Below are positions 21,439-30,154 of a DNA stretch of 64,000 nt, piece after piece. Numbering within the stretch: the first letter of the stretch is position 1; every line of letters starts with the position of its first letter. This stretch comes from Candidatus Latescibacterota bacterium (GTDB taxonomy: Bacteria; Krumholzibacteriota; Krumholzibacteriia; WVZY01). The position numbers and the translations under genes are program-made. The stretch lies in the NCBI GenBank assembly GCA_963791045.1, contig CAWBQK010000007.1, positions 160,001 through 224,000 of the forward strand, read 5' to 3'. The notes under the pieces were generated by a model. That model was not told where the DNA came from and did not search any database. It was given only the letters and a program-made list of their open reading frames with translations.

Positions 21439-21470
21439 AATCGTGACCGCCGACAGGCGACCACGCTCTT

Positions 21471-21515
21471 ATCGCGCCGTGTGGGAACAGGTTCCCCGCG
21501 GCGCGATTGCTTTTC
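21471..21515 (+). terminator. putative intrinsic terminator after groEL
   Basis: ATCGCGCCG..GGGAAC / GTTCCC..CGGCGCGAT hairpin followed by TGCTTTT. Confidence 0.6.
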
Positions 21516-21530
21516 GGGTCAAAAAAATGC

Positions 21531-21559
21531 TTGAAATCGTCCGTAACCGCCCCTATTCT
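21531..21559 (+). promoter_or_regulatory. putative sigma70 promoter
   Basis: TTGAAA-17 nt-TATTCT upstream of the lipoprotein gene. Confidence 0.55.
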
Positions 21560-21666
21560 TCATTATGCCCCACCTGAAAGAGACTCTGTATCCGTTACCT
21601 ATCTGAATCACCAAGTCGGGATATTAGGGTTGGCCTTGAGTCCTTCCCCCGGCGATGGAGGTATCC

Positions 21667-23283
21667 TTGAAAACCGCATTCAATTACAGGCACTTTATCG
21701 TCGCTATCGCTGCGGGGCTTCTCGTTCTCACCGGTCTTGTCGCGGGGTGTAGTGACGATGCGGAAGAACTGCCCGGGACGGGTCCGGGAGCTGCGACCAT
21801 CACGGTCGATGACATTATTTTCAATCCGAAATCCCCTGCACCGGGCGATACACTTCAGGCCACCGCCATTGTGAGCGTGGACATGGTTAACCCCGGCGAG
21901 TTTACCACATACAAGTGGACTGCCAATGGTGGGACATTTATCGAAGACAACATGGCGTCGGTGCGGTGGGTCGCGCCGATTAATTCTTCTATTTTTAATA
22001 TTTCGGTCACCGCTTCGATTAGTTCGAGCTCGTCGAATCTCGATGCCAACGTGTTCGTTGGTGAATTGACGGAGTTTATCGACGAGCGGGCGGGGCAACT
22101 TTTCCCGACGCCGGCGGGTGACGCGATGTTTTACCTGAGCGGACCCGCGCTGCCGGACTCCGGAGTGATTGTACGCAAAAAGGACGCTGGTTCCGACGTC
22201 GAGGTTTTCCCTGGGATGAAGGCGGGAACCGATTTCAGTTTTGACCGGAATCTCACCCATGGCGCTCATATGCACCTGACGGCGTTCCCGTGGCGTATCA
22301 CTGTAATGCACGATGAACTCACAACGGGTACACAGACTATTATTGCGATCGATGCACAGACTCTGACAATCCGCCCGTACGAGTACTCGGCGCCGTTCGT
22401 ATCTCCCGACGGCCAGATGATTGCCTACCAGGGCGCTCTGCTCGATCAACTGTTGCCCCCGTCGGCGGGCGGTGTGGATACCTTTACGGTATTCGTTCAC
22501 GATATCGCAAGCGGGGACGCACACCGTGGCACATTCGAGACACGGAGTTTTTACCCGTCGATTTCGAGTGACAACCAACACCTCGTGTTTGTATCGGACA
22601 AGGACGGGGCTCTTCTTTGGGAGCTCTATGCGCTTCCCATAACCGGGACGACGGTCACACCCGACACCATCCCGGGTGCGTTGATCAAGCTCACCGACAC
22701 CGGTGGTTTTCTCGGCGGGGAATCGATTCCGCCATCCCGGGTTCCGATGCAGTGGAATCCCAATTCGGCGTTTCCGTTGATCGCCGTCATAGGCACCGAT
22801 GAGAAAATGCGTATCGCGAATACGGATGGAACGCCGGCGGTCCTGGTAAATGTACCGGGTAAGGTGACCGACATGAAGTGGGCGCCAAACGGTCAGACCA
22901 TCGCGGCGAGCGTTTTTGATTCGGGTATCAGTTCGATCTATCTCGTCTCCGCGAGTGGAGAGCCGACACGGCTCCTCGACGCCCTCGAGGGTGACAAGTT
23001 CAGCGAGATATCGTGGTCGCCCGACGGTAATTTTCTGGTCTACCTGGTCACGCGGAGTTCGAACACGTGGTACGAACTTTTTGACGCGACAGGCGCGACG
23101 GGACAAACGGTTCCCGTGCGGGTGACTCCGGCGATCATTCCCGGTGAAGCGGTTGATTTTGGTCCCCCGCTTCAGTCATTCCGCCCTGTGTGGGAACTCG
23201 GAACCAAAAAGGTGTTTCTGTTCAGGCTGGACGGAACCACGCCGGCCGTTGAGTCGGTTGACCTGTCCGGGGTTGGTCAGTGA
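21667..23283 (+). CDS. lipoprotein with an Ig-like domain and a TolB/PD40-like beta-propeller
   Basis: Lipobox LVAGC; repeats SPDGQMIAY, SSDNQHLVFVS, WAPNGQTIA and WSPDGNFLVY. TTG start after GGAGG. Confidence 0.75.
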   Translation: MKTAFNYRHFIVAIAAGLLVLTGLVAGCSDDAEELPGTGPGAATITVDDIIFNPKSPAPGDTLQATAIVSVDMVNPGEFTTYKWTANGGTFIEDNMASVRWVAPINSSIFNISVTASISSSSSNLDANVFVGELTEFIDERAGQLFPTPAGDAMFYLSGPALPDSGVIVRKKDAGSDVEVFPGMKAGTDFSFDRNLTHGAHMHLTAFPWRITVMHDELTTGTQTIIAIDAQTLTIRPYEYSAPFVSPDGQMIAYQGALLDQLLPPSAGGVDTFTVFVHDIASGDAHRGTFETRSFYPSISSDNQHLVFVSDKDGALLWELYALPITGTTVTPDTIPGALIKLTDTGGFLGGESIPPSRVPMQWNPNSAFPLIAVIGTDEKMRIANTDGTPAVLVNVPGKVTDMKWAPNGQTIAASVFDSGISSIYLVSASGEPTRLLDALEGDKFSEISWSPDGNFLVYLVTRSSNTWYELFDATGATGQTVPVRVTPAIIPGEAVDFGPPLQSFRPVWELGTKKVFLFRLDGTTPAVESVDLSGVGQ

Positions 23284-23293
23284 CGGGTATCCA

Positions 23294-24448
23294 ATGAAAG
23301 CGAACAGACTCCTTTCGCTTCCACCGTATCTCTTCGAGGAACTGGAAAACCATTACCGCGAGGCAGTGGCGCGGGGGCGGGACGTTATCGATCTCAGTAT
23401 CGGTGATCCGGATTTGGCGCCGCCTCAATCCCTGATCACGAATCTGAACCGCGCACTGGAACGGCCGGGTCACCACAGGTATCCCCCTCAGCGCGGTTCC
23501 GTGGCGCTCAAGGAGTCTATCCGGCAGTACCTTGGGCGGCGGTGCGGCGTCCATCCAACGGATGACGAGATACTGATCTTGATCGGTTCCAAGGAAGGGA
23601 TCAGCCATCTTCCGCTCGCCGTTTGCAATCCCGGTGACATTGCCCTCGTTCCGGATCCTGGGTACCCGGTCTACAGCGCCGCGTCGGCATTTGCCGGTTG
23701 CGCGGTGCGAACACTACCGCTCGATATATCGAATGGCTTTCTCCCTGATTTCTCGCGGTTTGACGTTGACGACTCGAAGTCTCCCAGGCTCATATTCCTG
23801 AATTATCCAAATAATCCCACCGGAGCCTCGGCCGGCGAAAATGTATTCAGCGGGGCACTCGAGTTCGGCGCCGCGCACGGCTCCGTTGTGGCAAACGACG
23901 CGGCGTATGCCGATGTCTATTTCGACGAAGATCCTCCGCCGGTTCTTTGCGGACATCCCGGCGCGCTGGATCACCCCATGATTGAATTTTTCTCGTTTTC
24001 CAAGACGTTTTGTATTACCGGCTGGCGGGTTGGATTTGCCGTCGGACGCCGCGACGTAATCGATGCCCTGGCCCATCTCAAGGCGAACATCGACTCGGGC
24101 GTTTTCTCGGCGATTCAGGAAGCCGTCGCGGCGACGCTCAACACCGAGGGCGATGATTACGCGATTCGCATGCGTTCCGAATTCAAGGCCCGTCGCGATG
24201 CCGCCTTGGGCTTTGCCGCCAAGCTCGGCTTTGATTGTCTCGACACCTGTGCTACATTCTACATCTGGGCCAGGATACCCGACCCATTTGATTCAATGGG
24301 TTACGCCCTCCACCTGCTGGAACACGCGAATGTTCTCCTCACACCGGGCAACGGCTTTGGTGATGGGGGGGAAGGGTATTTTCGGATTGCCCTCACACAA
24401 CCGGTGGACAAGATCGAAGAAGCGTTCGAAAGGATCAAAGGATTGTGA
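23294..24448 (+). CDS. class I/II PLP aminotransferase, LL-diaminopimelate aminotransferase-like
   Basis: IGDPD, GSKEG, PDPGYPVY, NYPNNPTG, DAAY and SFSKTFCITGWRVG. Confidence 0.85.
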   Translation: MKANRLLSLPPYLFEELENHYREAVARGRDVIDLSIGDPDLAPPQSLITNLNRALERPGHHRYPPQRGSVALKESIRQYLGRRCGVHPTDDEILILIGSKEGISHLPLAVCNPGDIALVPDPGYPVYSAASAFAGCAVRTLPLDISNGFLPDFSRFDVDDSKSPRLIFLNYPNNPTGASAGENVFSGALEFGAAHGSVVANDAAYADVYFDEDPPPVLCGHPGALDHPMIEFFSFSKTFCITGWRVGFAVGRRDVIDALAHLKANIDSGVFSAIQEAVAATLNTEGDDYAIRMRSEFKARRDAALGFAAKLGFDCLDTCATFYIWARIPDPFDSMGYALHLLEHANVLLTPGNGFGDGGEGYFRIALTQPVDKIEEAFERIKGL

Positions 24449-24536
24449 TCCCTGATCCGGGACGAGGATGAAAAGGGTGGAGGCGGTGGTTTCCGGATTG
24501 GAACCACGGGCCGGGATTTCCCGATAGGAGAATGTT

Positions 24537-24902
24537 GTGAGTGATATGATCAGGCTGAAGGATTTGACCGTTTTTGGCCACTTTGGAGTTTCCCCCGCGG
24601 AACGTGAAGTGGGGCAGAAGATCCAGTTGGACATAGACCTCTTCGCGGATCTCAGCGAGGCGTGTCAGAGCGACTCGCTCAAAGACACCATCAACTACGA
24701 AGCGGTCTACGCGAAGGTGTTCGAGGTTGTTTCGCTAAAGAAACATCGCCTGCTGGAGTCTTTGGGGGAAAACATATGTTATCATCTTCTCAACGGCTTT
24801 CCCGTGTCAAAGGTGTCGATACGTCTTCGTAAGCTCAATTTGCCGTTCCCGAACAGCTTGTCCTACGTCGAAGTTTGTCTCACCAGAGAGGCATCGATCT
24901 GA
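24537..24902 (+). CDS. folB: dihydroneopterin aldolase
   Basis: GHFGV..AEREVGQ, DSLKDTINY and LLES; adjacent to folK. Confidence 0.92.
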   Translation: MSDMIRLKDLTVFGHFGVSPAEREVGQKIQLDIDLFADLSEACQSDSLKDTINYEAVYAKVFEVVSLKKHRLLESLGENICYHLLNGFPVSKVSIRLRKLNLPFPNSLSYVEVCLTREASI

Positions 24903-25420
24903 CAACGCGTCCCGCCTATCTGAGCATCGGCTCGAATCTCGGAAAACGGGAAATAGCGGTTCTCTCCGTTCCGCGGATAATCGAACAGGCCGCTACAGGC
25001 ACAAATGTGCGCCTCAGTTCGCTCTATGAGACCGAGCCCGTCGGTTGCCTGCCCATGGACCGCTTTGTCAACGCCGTCGTGGAATTTGAACCTTTACTTT
25101 ACGGAGAGGATTTGTTAAATCGGTTACAGACAATCGAGAAATCGTTGGGACGGTGCGGAGGGCACAACGAACCTCGGGAACTGGATATAGACATATTGAC
25201 CCTTGGCGGGCAGGTGTTCGAGACCAAAACCCTCACCGTTCCCCACCCGCGGTATCGTGATCGGGGATTTGTTCTCATTCCATTGAAGGAACTGGCCCCC
25301 GGCTTCGTCTGCCCCGCCACCGGACGCCGCATAGATGACCTCGTGGAGGCGCTGCCGTCGAGCGATGGTGTTGTCAGGATCTCGTCGCGGTACACAATTT
25401 CCGATATGGGCGCGAGATGA
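24875..25420 (+). CDS. folK: 2-amino-4-hydroxy-6-hydroxymethyldihydropteridine diphosphokinase (start may be CTG at 24899)
   Basis: YLSIGSNLG, SSLYETEP, PRELDIDIL, LTVPHP and FVLIPL. Confidence 0.92.
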   Translation: MSHQRGIDLTTRPAYLSIGSNLGKREIAVLSVPRIIEQAATGTNVRLSSLYETEPVGCLPMDRFVNAVVEFEPLLYGEDLLNRLQTIEKSLGRCGGHNEPRELDIDILTLGGQVFETKTLTVPHPRYRDRGFVLIPLKELAPGFVCPATGRRIDDLVEALPSSDGVVRISSRYTISDMGAR

Positions 25421-26091
25421 GCTACTCTGATACAAAAACAAATCTCCTTAAAAATAAAATCTCGGTGATTGCCGTCGAGGGGAACATAGGTGTTGGCAAG
25501 ACATCGCTTTCGAGGATGCTCGCCCGCTATCTCGGCGCGCGGCTCGTCGAAGAACGTGTCGAGGACAATCCGTTTCTCGATCGGTTCTATGAAGACATGG
25601 GCTCGTACTGCTTTCAGACCCAGCTGGTCTTTTTGATGAACCGGTACAAACAGCAGATAACGCTCACCCAAAAAGAACTCTTCGACGAATTGACGATCAT
25701 CGATTATCTCTTTGCGCGTGACAAGATTTTCGCGCACGTCAATCTCAGTGATGACGAGCTCGGTTTGTACAACAGGATTGCCAAAGAACTCGAAGCCCAG
25801 GTGATTCGACCGGACCTCGTGATTTATCTCCAGGCGGACGGGAACGTGTTGTTCGAGCGAATTGGAAACAGGGGGCGGCAGCTCGAGAGAAGTATTTCAA
25901 AAGACTATCTGGAGACGCTCAACGATGCTTTCAATCATTTTTTCTTCAATTATTCGGACACACCGCTTCTTGTCGTCAATACGGACTCAATGGACTTCGT
26001 GAACAACGAGAAACACTTTGTGGATCTGGTGAAGCGGATATCGGAACCCGTGCAAGGAACGGAGTTCTACGTTCCGTCGTGGGAGGCATAA
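25417..26091 (+). CDS. deoxynucleoside kinase
   Basis: IAVEGNIGVGKT, NPFLDRFY and PDLVIYLQA; typical folK-dNK-panB context. Confidence 0.9.
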   Translation: MSYSDTKTNLLKNKISVIAVEGNIGVGKTSLSRMLARYLGARLVEERVEDNPFLDRFYEDMGSYCFQTQLVFLMNRYKQQITLTQKELFDELTIIDYLFARDKIFAHVNLSDDELGLYNRIAKELEAQVIRPDLVIYLQADGNVLFERIGNRGRQLERSISKDYLETLNDAFNHFFFNYSDTPLLVVNTDSMDFVNNEKHFVDLVKRISEPVQGTEFYVPSWEA

Positions 26092-26900
26092 TGAGCGGGC
26101 GGCGGAAGATCACAGTAAATACCCTTATGGACATGAAGGACCGGGGCGAGAGAATCGTGATGCTCACGGCGTACGATTATCAGACGGCGCTCATTGAAGA
26201 CGAGGCCGGCGTCGAGATGATACTGGTGGGCGATAGCCTGGGGATGGTCGTGCTGGGGTACGAGAACACACTCCCCGTTACGGTTGACGAGGTGATTCAT
26301 CATGTCAAAGCGGTGAGCCGCGCAAAACCGAAGGCGATGCTTCTCGGTGATATGCCGTTTATGAGTTACCAGGCGGGTGTCGAGGACGCCGTTCGCAACG
26401 CGGGGCGCATGCTCAAAGAGGGCGGAGCCGAGGGTGTGAAGCTCGAGGGAGGCCGGCGGATGGAGGCTGTTATCCGCGCTATTCTCGACGCGGATATCCC
26501 CGTCATGGGACATATCGGGCTGACGCCTCAGTCGCTCCACCGTCTTGGCGGTTACCGGGTACAGGGCAAGAGTCCCGAAGCGGCGGCATTCCTTGTCGAG
26601 GAGGCGAAGTTTCTCGAAGAAGTTGGTTGTTTTAGCATGGTGCTCGAAGGAATACCCTGGGCCCTCGCAAAACAAATTACCGAATCGGTTTCGATCCCGA
26701 CCATCGGAATCGGCGCGGGGGTTCACTGTGACGGACAGGTCCTCGTCGTGAACGATATGCTGGGGATGAAAGAAGATTTTTCTCCGAAGTTTCTCAAACA
26801 ATATGGGGATGTGGGGAAGACGATGGCAAAAGCCTTCGCCGAATATGTGGCCGATGTTAAGGATGGCAAGTTTCCGACGGACGACCACAGCTACTCTTGA
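26091..26900 (+). CDS. panB: 3-methyl-2-oxobutanoate hydroxymethyltransferase
   Basis: MLTAYDY, LVGDSLG, DMPFMSY, GHIGLTPQ and GIGAG. Confidence 0.97.
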   Translation: MSGRRKITVNTLMDMKDRGERIVMLTAYDYQTALIEDEAGVEMILVGDSLGMVVLGYENTLPVTVDEVIHHVKAVSRAKPKAMLLGDMPFMSYQAGVEDAVRNAGRMLKEGGAEGVKLEGGRRMEAVIRAILDADIPVMGHIGLTPQSLHRLGGYRVQGKSPEAAAFLVEEAKFLEEVGCFSMVLEGIPWALAKQITESVSIPTIGIGAGVHCDGQVLVVNDMLGMKEDFSPKFLKQYGDVGKTMAKAFAEYVADVKDGKFPTDDHSYS

Positions 26901-27815
26901 TTGGAATTGGATCCCACCGTGGAGACATTTGAATCGATAAGGAAGCTCCGGGCACACCTTCGAGGGCGTCGCGCCGGCGGCAAGACGGTGAGCTTCGTGC
27001 CGACCATGGGAGCCCTTCACGCTGGGCACGGTTCGTGTGTCGAAGTGGCCCGAACCCGCGGCGATGTGATTGTTGTATCCATTTTTGTCAATCCGACGCA
27101 GTTCGGGCCGGGTGAGGACTTTGGGAAATACCCCCGGCCGCTGGAGAAAGATCTCGAACTGTGCCGTGAGTGGGGCGTTGACGTCGTTTTCGCCCCGTCA
27201 CCCGGTGAGATGTACCCGGTCGAACAGTCGGTTTGGGTCGAGGTCGGAGGGATCACGGATGTGCTGTGCGGAAGGAGCCGCCCCGGGCATTTCAGGGGCG
27301 TGACGACCGTTGTGTTGAAGTTGTTCGATGCGGTACAACCCGACGTGGCCGTGTTTGGGCAGAAGGACGCCCAGCAGTCCGTGGTAATCAATGAGATGGT
27401 CCGTCAACTCAACTACCCTGTAGAGATAGAGCTTTCCCCCACCGTTCGGGAAGAGGACGGTCTGGCGGTAAGCTCGCGAAATCGATACCTCTCGCCCAAA
27501 GAGCGGGGGCGTGCCGCCGGGATCTACAAGGCGCTGACGGAAGCAAAGATAATGATAACGGACGGAGAACGGACGACTGCGGCGGTTGCCGAACGGGCTC
27601 GGGAGGTAATGGGGGGAGTGGGAATTGCCGATATCGAATATGTGGAATTATTGAATGCCCGGGATCTCAAACCGCTGTCGCGGGTGGAGGGGCGGGTGCT
27701 TCTTGCTATCGCGGCGAAAGTGGGAAAGACGCGTCTCATAGACAACATCGTTCTCCATGTGGGTGAGGGCGCCGACGTGAAGGAAGATCGGCTTTTTCGA
27801 GCCGCGTGCGTCTGA
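26901..27815 (+). CDS. panC: pantoate--beta-alanine ligase
   Basis: VPTMGALHAGH, SIFVNPTQF, RPGHFRGV, FGQKD, SSRN and RLIDN. Confidence 0.97.
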   Translation: MELDPTVETFESIRKLRAHLRGRRAGGKTVSFVPTMGALHAGHGSCVEVARTRGDVIVVSIFVNPTQFGPGEDFGKYPRPLEKDLELCREWGVDVVFAPSPGEMYPVEQSVWVEVGGITDVLCGRSRPGHFRGVTTVVLKLFDAVQPDVAVFGQKDAQQSVVINEMVRQLNYPVEIELSPTVREEDGLAVSSRNRYLSPKERGRAAGIYKALTEAKIMITDGERTTAAVAERAREVMGGVGIADIEYVELLNARDLKPLSRVEGRVLLAIAAKVGKTRLIDNIVLHVGEGADVKEDRLFRAACV

Positions 27816-27842
27816 ATTAACAGCAACCGGAGGTTGAGCATC

Positions 27843-28583
27843 ATGGATAGTGCGGCGGTGATTCTTGCCGCGGGCAAGGGGACCAGAATGCCGGCGTCGG
27901 ACCTGCCGAAGGTTATGCACGAGGTTCACGGCAAGCCGATGGTCGTCCGCGTGGCTGAAACCATGGACGATATTTGCGAAGGCCGCATCTACGTCGTTGT
28001 CGGTTACAAATCTGAAAAGATTATCGACGCCATGGGCGGAAGTGGGGTCGAGTTTGTATTCCAGCACGAGCAACTCGGGACCGGCCACGCCGTCCTCCAG
28101 TGCGAAGAAGCCCTGCGCGATTTTGTGGGAACGGTGATCGTGCTAAACGGCGATGTCCCGTGTCTCCGTCCGGAAACGGTCCGAGGATTCGCCGAGTTTC
28201 ACCAGTCCGAGGGCGCCGCCGCGACGGTATTGACCGCCGAGCTCGAGAATCCCACGGGCTACGGGCGTATCGTCAGGGATGATGACGGCTCGCTGCGCGG
28301 GATCGTGGAGGAGAAAGACGCGTCCGATGAGGTCAAACGTGTTCGCGAAATCAATTCGGGCCTCTTCTGTTTTGACAAAGCCCTGTTGTTCGAAGCGCTT
28401 AAAGACACGGGCACGGACAACGCGCAAGGGGAGTACTACCTCACCGACGTGATCTCCTGCCTTCGCGGCCGGGGAGAAAAAGTCCGGGCATACTGCGTCG
28501 AAGATCCGTGGGAAGTGTCCGGGGTCAACACGGAAGAAGAATTGAACGCCGTGCGCAGTTATTTCGAAGGAATGTCGTTGTGA
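27843..28583 (+). CDS. stand-alone GlmU-like nucleotidyltransferase (N-terminal domain only)
   Basis: ILAAGKGTRM..LPKVMH, QLGTGHAV, GDVP, PTGYGRIVR, EINSG and EYYLTD; ends before any hexapeptide domain. Confidence 0.88.
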   Translation: MDSAAVILAAGKGTRMPASDLPKVMHEVHGKPMVVRVAETMDDICEGRIYVVVGYKSEKIIDAMGGSGVEFVFQHEQLGTGHAVLQCEEALRDFVGTVIVLNGDVPCLRPETVRGFAEFHQSEGAAATVLTAELENPTGYGRIVRDDDGSLRGIVEEKDASDEVKRVREINSGLFCFDKALLFEALKDTGTDNAQGEYYLTDVISCLRGRGEKVRAYCVEDPWEVSGVNTEEELNAVRSYFEGMSL

Positions 28584-29059
28584 AACGGATTTATGCGCCG
28601 TGGAGGTCGATCTACTTGCAGAGTCAACACGACGGCGAATGTCTTTTTTGCACTTTTGCAAAAACGGCCGCCGATGACGAAAAGAACCGGATTCTGTTTC
28701 GGGGAGAATACCACTACGTCATCATCAACGCGTATCCGTACTCGAACGGTCACGTGATGGTGGTGTGCAAACGCCATATCGAACACTTCGGTGATCTCGA
28801 TGCGGAGGAGTCGGCCGAGTTAACACGGTTGATTTCCAAATGTGAGGAGGCGCTCCTTGGCGCCTACAACCCCGGCGGGATCAATGTGGGCGCGAATCTG
28901 GGCCGCACGGCCGGCGCTGGGATAGCCGGGCATCTCCACGTCCATCTCGTGCCCCGCTGGCACGGTGATACGAATTTTATGACGGCAATAGGGGAAACGC
29001 GGGTTATCTCCGAAGATCTTCTTGACACGTACACGCGATTGAAGGCCTACTTCGAGTAG
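28580..29059 (+). CDS. HIT-family protein (Ap4A phosphorylase/hydrolase-like)
   Basis: YAPWR, CLFC, NAYPYSNGH, HLHVHLVPRW and GDTNFM. Confidence 0.9.
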   Translation: MKRIYAPWRSIYLQSQHDGECLFCTFAKTAADDEKNRILFRGEYHYVIINAYPYSNGHVMVVCKRHIEHFGDLDAEESAELTRLISKCEEALLGAYNPGGINVGANLGRTAGAGIAGHLHVHLVPRWHGDTNFMTAIGETRVISEDLLDTYTRLKAYFE

Positions 29060-29086
29060 GCCCTTTCGAAGGGAGAAAGACGCGTC

Positions 29087-29566
29087 GTGGCGCCCAGAAA
29101 AAAGAAGAATAAAAAGAAGAGATCCGGCTCTTCCGGAAGCGGACTTCACAAACTCGCCGTTTTGCTGATGAGCGTGGTTCTTGGTGTGTGCGTGGCGTCG
29201 GTCGCGGTGGGTGTAATGAACTGGCACGAGGGGGAGGAAGACGAAGGGATGGATGAGGTCCTTCGGATAGAGATCTTGAACGGGACGGGGGAGAAGGGAC
29301 TCGCGCGCAAAGTTGCCATCGCCCTTATCAAGAAAAAGGTGGACGTGCTCAACGTCGATAACGCGAAGAGCTTCGACTACAAGGAATCCGTAATTATCGC
29401 GCGCTCGGACAATCCGGCCGTGGCCGCCCTGGGGGAGCTGATAGGGTGCCGCCAGGTCGTGGAGCAACTGACGGAAGGCACGATGGTTGACGCCACGTTC
29501 ATCCTCGGTGAGGATTTCAGGAAGCTCGATATAGAGATTGATTTCGAATCTGACTTGTCCGAATAG
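29087..29566 (+). CDS. membrane-anchored LytR C-terminal domain protein
   Basis: Basic N-terminus, TM helix, IEILNGTGEKGLA...NA...ILGEDF. Confidence 0.8.
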   Translation: MAPRKKKNKKKRSGSSGSGLHKLAVLLMSVVLGVCVASVAVGVMNWHEGEEDEGMDEVLRIEILNGTGEKGLARKVAIALIKKKVDVLNVDNAKSFDYKESVIIARSDNPAVAALGELIGCRQVVEQLTEGTMVDATFILGEDFRKLDIEIDFESDLSE

Positions 29567-29597
29567 ACCAACTACCTTATTCTTAGAGGAGAAAGCA

Positions 29598-29870
29598 GTG
29601 GCCCCGAGAAGACGTTCACTCGCCGTTGTCGCCCTGGTCATGTTTCTTGGGATCGTGGTCGGAACCGTCGTAGGCGAGGTAGTCGGGTTGCTTCTTCCGG
29701 AAGGCAAAGTGATTCGCGACGTTTTTGTCAGTGCGACGGATTTTCACGTCGGACCGCTGCATCTGGATCTGGTTGTATTCAGCTTTACGTTTGGGTTCTC
29801 TCTGCGGGTCAATCTGATGAGCGCGGTGGGAATCGCGCTGGTGTCATTGATTCTCCGTTGGTACTGGTAG
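29598..29870 (+). CDS. small membrane protein, DUF4321-like
   Basis: GTVVGEVVG...LDLVVFSFTFGFSLRVNLMSAVG; GAGGAG SD. Confidence 0.7.
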   Translation: MAPRRRSLAVVALVMFLGIVVGTVVGEVVGLLLPEGKVIRDVFVSATDFHVGPLHLDLVVFSFTFGFSLRVNLMSAVGIALVSLILRWYW

Positions 29871-29887
29871 AAAGGAAGTCTGGCTTT

Positions 29888-30103
29888 ATGCACATTTTTG
29901 CGCTGGTCGGCCCGCTGGGCTGGTCCGAACTTCTCATAATCCTGTTTATTATTCTCATCATTTTTGGCCCGAGAAAGCTCCCCGAAGTCGCCGATGCTCT
30001 TGGACGATCGATCCAGAAATTCAAAAAAGCGTCGCGCGAAGTTCAGGATGAGATCCAAATGAACGGGGATGACGACAAGAAAAACACCGGCTCCAAGGAG
30101 TAA
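29888..30103 (+). CDS. tatA: twin-arginine translocase TatA/E subunit
   Basis: LGWSELLIILFIILIIFGPRKLPEVADALGRSIQKFKK. Confidence 0.92.
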   Translation: MHIFALVGPLGWSELLIILFIILIIFGPRKLPEVADALGRSIQKFKKASREVQDEIQMNGDDDKKNTGSKE

Positions 30104-30154
30104 TAACTCCTCGGTTGCCGGTGTTTTTGCGATCGGTGTTTTCTGCGCTCGTTT

